Source: Oleiphilaceae bacterium (GTDB lineage Bacteria; Pseudomonadota; Gammaproteobacteria; Pseudomonadales; Oleiphilaceae). From it: 64,000 bases of DNA. Positions 58,270 to 64,000 of this stretch are shown here, piece by piece (the first letter of the stretch is position 1; each line of letters starts with the position of its first letter). The notes under the pieces were generated by a model. The model saw nothing but the letters and a program-made list of their open reading frames with translations. It was not told the DNA's origin and made no database searches. A program made the translations under genes and the position numbers. The stretch spans positions 5,669 to 69,668 of the forward strand of contig JAGXLV010000004.1 in the NCBI GenBank assembly GCA_018334495.1, read 5' to 3'.

Positions 58270-60819
58270 TTACGCCCAGATCATACGACCGAGCTCCAAC
58301 GGGTGGCTGAGTGCGGGATGGTAGGGATAGATGCGAATCCGCAGGGACTGGACACCCGAAAACGGCGGTGTAAGCGTCAGCTCGAATCGGCTGGTCTCCC
58401 CCTGGAGTTCGCCAGGTTCCATCAGCAGACTCCGGGGCTTGACTGCTTCGTCACTGTCTGCAGGGGCTTTGTCGACCAGACATTCAACGCGAACATCGTC
58501 CTGGCTAAGGCCATTCAGGAAGGCTTCAACACGATAGGTCACCGGCTCATCAAACGTACATCGAGTCGGTACCTCACCCACGACCTTCAAGCTGACACCT
58601 TCCCAGCAACTGACAACATGCTGCTTCCAGTGGGCCAGCGTTTTCGCCAATGTGTAATTGTCGGCTGACAGGCGGGCATGTTGAAGTGATGCAGGCCGGT
58701 AAAATTTGCGCATGTAGTCCATGACCATACGCTGGGCGTTGAAGCGCGGCGTGATGGACTTCATCGACGCCTTGGAGAGGCCAATCCATTCGTTGGAGTA
58801 ATCAGTGCCCTCGCGGGCATAATAAGTCGGGATAACCTGGTACTCCAGAATGTCCAGCAAATCCCGGGCTTCTTCGCGGTTGCGGAATTCTTTGGAGAAA
58901 CTGACATCGCGGGGCGAAATCGCCCAGCCGTTATGACCGTCGTAGCCTTCCCCCCACCAGCCATCGAGCACGCTCAGGTTCAGTGCACCGTTCACGGCCG
59001 CTTTTTCACCGGATGTGCCACTGGCTTCCAGCGGGTACTCCGGCGTGTTAAGCCAGACATCAACACCGCACACTAATCGGCGAGCCATGGCCTGGTCATA
59101 ATCCTCAAGTAGCAGGATCTTGCCAATCAAGGTCGGGTGCTGGGACAGATCGTGGATCACTTTGATCAGCTCCTGGCCGGGCTCATCCCGTGGGTGAGCT
59201 TTACCGGCGAACACGATAATAACCGGGCGCTGTTCATCATTGACCAGGCGTTCCAGGCGGTGAATGTCTGAAAAGAGCAGGGTGGCGCGTTTGTAGGTTG
59301 CGAACCGGCGCGCGAAGCCGATGATCAAGGCATCCCGTTCAGGCCTGTCGATGCCCGACGTCATACGCTGAGTGATCGAATGGCTGGTGCCGTTGCGTCG
59401 ATGCTGTTTGGTCAGCCGGCGGCGAATAAAGTTGAACATTTGCTGCTTGAGCGCCTTGTGCACGCTCCAATAGTGATATTCCGGTATTTTGTCGATGAAG
59501 TTCCAGAAATCAGGGTCACGAAGTGCGCTTCGCCACGTTGGCGCGTGCATGTCGAACAGGCTTGCCCACTCTGGCGCAAGAAAGGTCGGCACATGGACGC
59601 CATTGGTAATATAGTCCAGCGGGTTTTCGGCCGGCGGAATTTGCGGCCAGATGGCGCCCTCCATTCTGGAGGCCTCAAGACCGTGGATTCGGCTGACGCC
59701 ATTATGAAAACGGGAGCCGCGCAGGCCCAGAGTCGTCATGTTGAAGGCATCGCCCGCCGGTGTCATGCCGAGCAGGAAAAGGGCATCAAAATCTATCCCG
59801 AGGCTCCCCGCGACCCGGCCAAGATAACGCTGCGCAAGATCCCGCGGAAAGATGTCGTGACCTGCCGGCACCGGCGTGTGCGTTGTAAACAACGTCGCAG
59901 AGGCCACGGTTTCCAGTGCGGTAGCGAAATCAAGGCCTTCTTCAACCCCGCGCCGACACCGTTCCAGGATCTGGAATGAAGAGTGGCCTTCGTTGATATG
60001 CCAGACGGTGGGAGCATAGTTGAGCTTCCAGAGTGCCCGTGGCCCGCCAATACCCAGAACCAGTTCCTGTTGAATGCGGGTTTCCTGGTCGCCCCCGTAG
60101 AGTTGCAGGGTAATGCTGCGATCGGCTTCGTTGTTCGATTCGGTATTGGTATCCAGCAAATAGAGCTTGATGTGACCGGCCTTGGCCTGCCAAACCCTGG
60201 CATGGACCATGCGATCAGGGAAGGGCACCTCTATTTCCAGTGACTGACCGTCCACTTCTACCGGTGTGATCGGCAATTCATTGCTGGGGTGGGAATGATA
60301 TTGCGCGACCTGACCGCCGTCCGCATCAATGGTCTGAATAAAGTAACCCTGCTGATAGAGCAGGCCGACCGCTACAAAAGGGACGCCCAGATCACTTGCC
60401 GCCTTGCAGTGGTCACCCGCCAGAATCCCCAGGCCACCGGAATAGATGGGAAAGCTTTCATGAAAGCCGAATTCAGCGCAGAAATACGCCACCAGGTCTT
60501 TTTCCGGGTCGAGGTGATCAGTTATCTCGGCATGGGGCGCGGTGTCAAGGTAGCCGTCATACGCGGCCAACGCCTTTCGGTATTGGGCCATATACGCCCG
60601 GTCTCCGGCCGCGGCTTCCAGTTTGTCCTGAGCGACCTGACGCAGAAAGAGAGTGGGGTTATGCCCCACTTTCTGCCATAGGTCCGGATCCAGGCGTACA
60701 AAAATTTCACGAACAGCGTGATCCCAGCTGTAGTAAAGATCGCTGGCAAGCGTTTTAAGCCGCTCCAGAGCTTCAGGAATTCGGGGCTGCGCCTCCAATT
60801 GGAAACGGGATGCTGACAT
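58270..60819 (-). CDS. glgP: Alpha-glucan phosphorylase
   Basis: YSGGLGILAGDH.K, HINEGH, NGVH, ARRFATYKR, GKAHP and EASGTSGEK (PLP Lys) motifs. Confidence 0.93.
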   Translation of the reverse strand: MSASRFQLEAQPRIPEALERLKTLASDLYYSWDHAVREIFVRLDPDLWQKVGHNPTLFLRQVAQDKLEAAAGDRAYMAQYRKALAAYDGYLDTAPHAEITDHLDPEKDLVAYFCAEFGFHESFPIYSGGLGILAGDHCKAASDLGVPFVAVGLLYQQGYFIQTIDADGGQVAQYHSHPSNELPITPVEVDGQSLEIEVPFPDRMVHARVWQAKAGHIKLYLLDTNTESNNEADRSITLQLYGGDQETRIQQELVLGIGGPRALWKLNYAPTVWHINEGHSSFQILERCRRGVEEGLDFATALETVASATLFTTHTPVPAGHDIFPRDLAQRYLGRVAGSLGIDFDALFLLGMTPAGDAFNMTTLGLRGSRFHNGVSRIHGLEASRMEGAIWPQIPPAENPLDYITNGVHVPTFLAPEWASLFDMHAPTWRSALRDPDFWNFIDKIPEYHYWSVHKALKQQMFNFIRRRLTKQHRRNGTSHSITQRMTSGIDRPERDALIIGFARRFATYKRATLLFSDIHRLERLVNDEQRPVIIVFAGKAHPRDEPGQELIKVIHDLSQHPTLIGKILLLEDYDQAMARRLVCGVDVWLNTPEYPLEASGTSGEKAAVNGALNLSVLDGWWGEGYDGHNGWAISPRDVSFSKEFRNREEARDLLDILEYQVIPTYYAREGTDYSNEWIGLSKASMKSITPRFNAQRMVMDYMRKFYRPASLQHARLSADNYTLAKTLAHWKQHVVSCWEGVSLKVVGEVPTRCTFDEPVTYRVEAFLNGLSQDDVRVECLVDKAPADSDEAVKPRSLLMEPGELQGETSRFELTLTPPFSGVQSLRIRIYPYHPALSHPLELGRMIWA

Positions 60820-60849
60820 TAAATACCTCCGGGCTGATTTAAAATCAGG

Positions 60850-62334
60850 TTAAATTTGGCTGGCACGATCCTCTCGCGCCAGGCTGTAAACGTCTGAATA
60901 AGCACGAGCGCTTCGGTCCCAGGAAAAATCCTGTTCCATGGCGTTCCGTTGCAATGTTTTCCAGTGTTTTTTGTTGCCATAGCATTCAAGGCAACGCGCC
61001 AGAGCGGACCAAAGGGCTGCGGCGGTTGCGGGCTCAAAGCTGAAGCCATTGGCCTGGGCTGACGTTGTTGTGGTTTCATCGAAGACAGTATCCCGCAATC
61101 CACCGACAGCGTGAACCACGGGCAGGGTGCCATAATGCAAACTGTACATCTGATTAAGGCCGCAGGGTTCAAAGCGTGACGGCATAAGAAAAATATCAGC
61201 GCCTGCGGTAATTCTGTGGGCAAGCCCTTCATCATAGCCGATAAACACGGACATACGGCCGGGATAACGGGCCGCCACCTCGGCAATCACTGCCTCCAAT
61301 TCTGGTGAGCCGCTGCCCAGCATCGCTACCTGGCAGCCGGAATCGAGCAGTCCCGGCAATACCTCGACGATCAGATCCACGCCTTTTTGATCAACCAGGC
61401 GGCCGATGAAGCCAGCTAGAGGGGCATCGGGCTGAATTTCGAGGCCCTGACTTTCCTGCAAAGCGGCTTTGCAAGCGACCTTGCCGTCAAGGTTGTCGGC
61501 TTCATAGGCTCTGATAATGTGCGGATCCCGGGCCGGGTTCCATTCCTGTTCGTCTATGCCGTTGAGAATGCCCACCAGGCGGTCATGGCGATGTCTGATC
61601 AGTCCGTCCAGGCCCTGGCCGAATGCCTCGGTCTGAATCTCCTCAGCGTAAGTCGGGCTGACGGTGGTCACCCGGTCTGCGTATACGAGGCCGCCTTTGA
61701 TAAAGGCCAGTTGGCCATGAAATTCCAGCCGCTCATGGCTCCAGAAGTGCATTGGCAGCGCCAGCTCCTGGAATGTGCTGTAGGGGAACCAGCCATGATA
61801 GGCGAGGTTGTGCACCGTGAACACCGTGGCAGGCCGGGCGGGTTGGCCGTCGAGGAGGGCCGGTACCAGGGCGCTTTGCCAATCGTTGCAGTGCACAACT
61901 TCGGGTTGCCAGTTGAGCCCGGCGCGGTCCAGGGCCAGCATGGCCGCGACTCGCGCGAACAGACCGAAGCGCTGGGCATTATCGGGCCAGTCGTGGCCTT
62001 CGGGGTTCTGGTAGGGGTTGCCCGGTCGGTCGAATAACTCCGGCACGTCCACCAGCCAGAGCACCAGGCTTGTGCCCGGCAGCACGCTTTGCCAAACCCT
62101 GACCTGATAGCCTTGCACAATCAGTTCGGCGATCGGCTCTTTCTTGCGCTTGGACGCGGCCTTTGCCATCGCACTCGGATAGGCGGGCAGGAGCAGGTGG
62201 ACTTTATGGCCCAGTTTCATCAACGCCTGCGGAAGGCTGGCCGACACATCCGCCAGACCGCCGACTTTAGCCAGAGGAAATACTTCGCTACTGACGAACA
62301 GAACATCACTGGTCGTTTTTTCTGTCTTAGCCAT
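60850..62334 (-). CDS. glgA: Glycogen synthase
   Basis: KVGGLADV, HCNDWQ and PSRFEPCGL.Q motifs. Confidence 0.95.
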   Translation of the reverse strand: MAKTEKTTSDVLFVSSEVFPLAKVGGLADVSASLPQALMKLGHKVHLLLPAYPSAMAKAASKRKKEPIAELIVQGYQVRVWQSVLPGTSLVLWLVDVPELFDRPGNPYQNPEGHDWPDNAQRFGLFARVAAMLALDRAGLNWQPEVVHCNDWQSALVPALLDGQPARPATVFTVHNLAYHGWFPYSTFQELALPMHFWSHERLEFHGQLAFIKGGLVYADRVTTVSPTYAEEIQTEAFGQGLDGLIRHRHDRLVGILNGIDEQEWNPARDPHIIRAYEADNLDGKVACKAALQESQGLEIQPDAPLAGFIGRLVDQKGVDLIVEVLPGLLDSGCQVAMLGSGSPELEAVIAEVAARYPGRMSVFIGYDEGLAHRITAGADIFLMPSRFEPCGLNQMYSLHYGTLPVVHAVGGLRDTVFDETTTTSAQANGFSFEPATAAALWSALARCLECYGNKKHWKTLQRNAMEQDFSWDRSARAYSDVYSLAREDRASQI

Positions 62335-62338
62335 GGTT

Positions 62339-64000
62339 TTACACCGATAGAATCAATGCGCCCAACGGCGGCAGGGTTAACGAAATGGAGTGATTTTTCC
62401 CCATCCAGGGCACAGGCTCTGATTCCACCGGTTTCAGGTTGCCGGTGTTACTGCCGCCATAATAGCTGGAATCGGTGTTGATGCGCTCGTGATAAACACC
62501 CGCAACAGGCACGCCAATGCGATATTCGTCCCGCGTGATGGGCGTAAAGTTGAGGACAACCACGACGAACCCGGAATCCGACTTGCGCATGAAACTGACA
62601 ACGGATTGGGACGCGTCGTTACAATCAATCCACTCAAAACCCTCGGCATTGTAATTGTATAAATGCAACGCGGGTTCTTCACGGTAAAGGTGATTCAAGT
62701 CACGAACCAGATGTTGAATGCCGGCATGATCCGCCGATTCCAGCAAGTCCCAATCCAGTTGCCGATGGTCACTCCATTCACGACTCTGGCCAAACTCTCC
62801 CCCCATAAAGAGAAGCTTTGAGCCAGGGTAGGCATACATGAAACCGAATAAAAGCCTCAGGTTGGCACGTTTGCGCCATTCGTCCCCCGGCATTTTTTCA
62901 AGCAGACTGCGCTTGCCGTGAACCACTTCGTCGTGGGAGAGGGGCAGCAGGAAGTTTTCGTTGAACGCATACAGCAAGCCGAAACTGAGGCTGTCATGAT
63001 GATATTTCCGGTGGATGGGGTCCTGCATCATGTATTCCAGCGTGTCGTGCATCCAGCCCATATTCCATTTGGTCGCAAAGCCGAGACCGTCTTCCCAGGG
63101 CGGGCGGGTGACTTTGGGCCAGGAGGTGGACTCTTCCGCCATCATCAATGTGCCGGGGTATTGGCCCTGGCAAAGGCTGTTCAGCTCCTTCAGGAACGTG
63201 ATCGCTTCCAGGTTCTCGTTGCTGCCGTGAATATTGGCAATCCAGTCGCCTTCCTCCCGGGAATAGTCAAGGTAAAGCATGGAGGCCACCGCATCCACGC
63301 GCAGACCGTCCAGGTGAAATTCATCAAGCCAGTAAAGGGCGCTGGCCAGCAAGAAGTTGCGAACCTCGTTGCTGCCGTAATTAAAGATCAGTGTACCCCA
63401 GTCGCGGTGCTCGCCCTGGCGGGGGTCAACGTGTTCATAAAGGGCGGTGCCATCGAAGCGGGCCAGGGCGTGATCGTCTTTTGGAAAGTGTCCCGGCACC
63501 CAGTCCAGAATGAGTCCGATGCCGTGCTGGTGGCAGTGGTCGACAAAGTAGCGGAAATCATCGGGGCTGCCGAACCGGCTGGTAGGTGCAAAATAACCGG
63601 TGGTCTGGTAGCCCCAGGACTCATCCAGCGGGTGCTCGGTGACCGGCAGTAATTCGATGTGGGTGAACCCCATCGTGGTGACGTAATCCACCAGTTCATG
63701 GGCCAGTTCGCGATAGTTGAGCCAGTGGCCGGCGGCGTTGTGACGCCAGGAAGCCAGGTGGACTTCATAAATAGACATAGGCGCGTGTTGCCAGGGCCAG
63801 GCGTGCCGGTCCTGGAGCCATTTCTGATCGCCCCACTGATACGTTCGGGGGCCGGCCACCAGGGCTGCATTGCTGGGCCGCTTTTCGAACTGGCGACCGT
63901 AGGGGTCGCTTTTATCGACGACCTGCCCGCTGGTGCCGGAGCCGATGGCGAACTTGTACAGATCACCGGCCTTAAGGTCGGGAATAAACAGTTCCCAAAC
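62339..64000 (-). CDS. glgB: 1,4-alpha-glucan branching enzyme (5' part beyond the window end)
   Basis: [32 protein letters not shown] and [10 protein letters not shown] motifs; the frame stays open to the window edge ([18 protein letters not shown]). Confidence 0.93.
   Translation of the reverse strand, partial: VWELFIPDLKAGDLYKFAIGSGTSGQVVDKSDPYGRQFEKRPSNAALVAGPRTYQWGDQKWLQDRHAWPWQHAPMSIYEVHLASWRHNAAGHWLNYRELAHELVDYVTTMGFTHIELLPVTEHPLDESWGYQTTGYFAPTSRFGSPDDFRYFVDHCHQHGIGLILDWVPGHFPKDDHALARFDGTALYEHVDPRQGEHRDWGTLIFNYGSNEVRNFLLASALYWLDEFHLDGLRVDAVASMLYLDYSREEGDWIANIHGSNENLEAITFLKELNSLCQGQYPGTLMMAEESTSWPKVTRPPWEDGLGFATKWNMGWMHDTLEYMMQDPIHRKYHHDSLSFGLLYAFNENFLLPLSHDEVVHGKRSLLEKMPGDEWRKRANLRLLFGFMYAYPGSKLLFMGGEFGQSREWSDHRQLDWDLLESADHAGIQHLVRDLNHLYREEPALHLYNYNAEGFEWIDCNDASQSVVSFMRKSDSGFVVVVLNFTPITRDEYRIGVPVAGVYHERINTDSSYYGGSNTGNLKPVESEPVPWMGKNHSISLTLPPLGALILSV

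Noticed and set aside
1-64000. CRISPR array, rRNA, IS elements
   Set aside because: No regularly spaced direct repeats, rRNA-like sequence, transposase ORFs or terminal inverted repeats were seen on reading.

Overview
GC-rich gammaproteobacterial chromosome segment. It looks Marinobacter-like, judged from gene content and protein similarity recalled from memory, not from a search. It is mostly core or semi-core metabolism, and I saw no prophage, integrase, transposase or CRISPR array. In order, it carries: xthA; an 8-gene operon resembling the singlet-oxygen/furan-fatty-acid genes (desaturase, SnoaL, SDR, FAD oxidoreductase, DUF1365, cfa-like methylase, DUF2878, secreted protein) with a divergent renalase; an HD phosphohydrolase; rssB/rssC-like genes, gpsA, sixA and slyD; ETF-QO/etfBA with a perfect PsrA-type palindrome; cydAB(cioAB)-cydDC; tRNA-Leu(TAA) followed by a patchy accessory stretch (NsrR-like regulator, globin, PPK2); a stand-alone lpxA-gnnA-gnnB-like module predicting 2,3-diaminoglucose lipid A, divergent from a non-flagellar MotA/MotB-like pair; a selenium cluster (putative selenate ABC transporter, senB, FAD-domain-SelD fusion) with no senA nearby; a GNAT-nitrilase fusion, recQ, a serine acetyltransferase and trkH; and the glgB(partial)-glgA-glgP glycogen genes. 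The best candidates for under-described biology are the lpxA-gnnAB module, the senA-less selenosugar locus with an HhH protein gene coupled to selD, and the orphan MotAB-like motor. Several start codons were moved from the ORF track using RBS and stop/start-overlap evidence.
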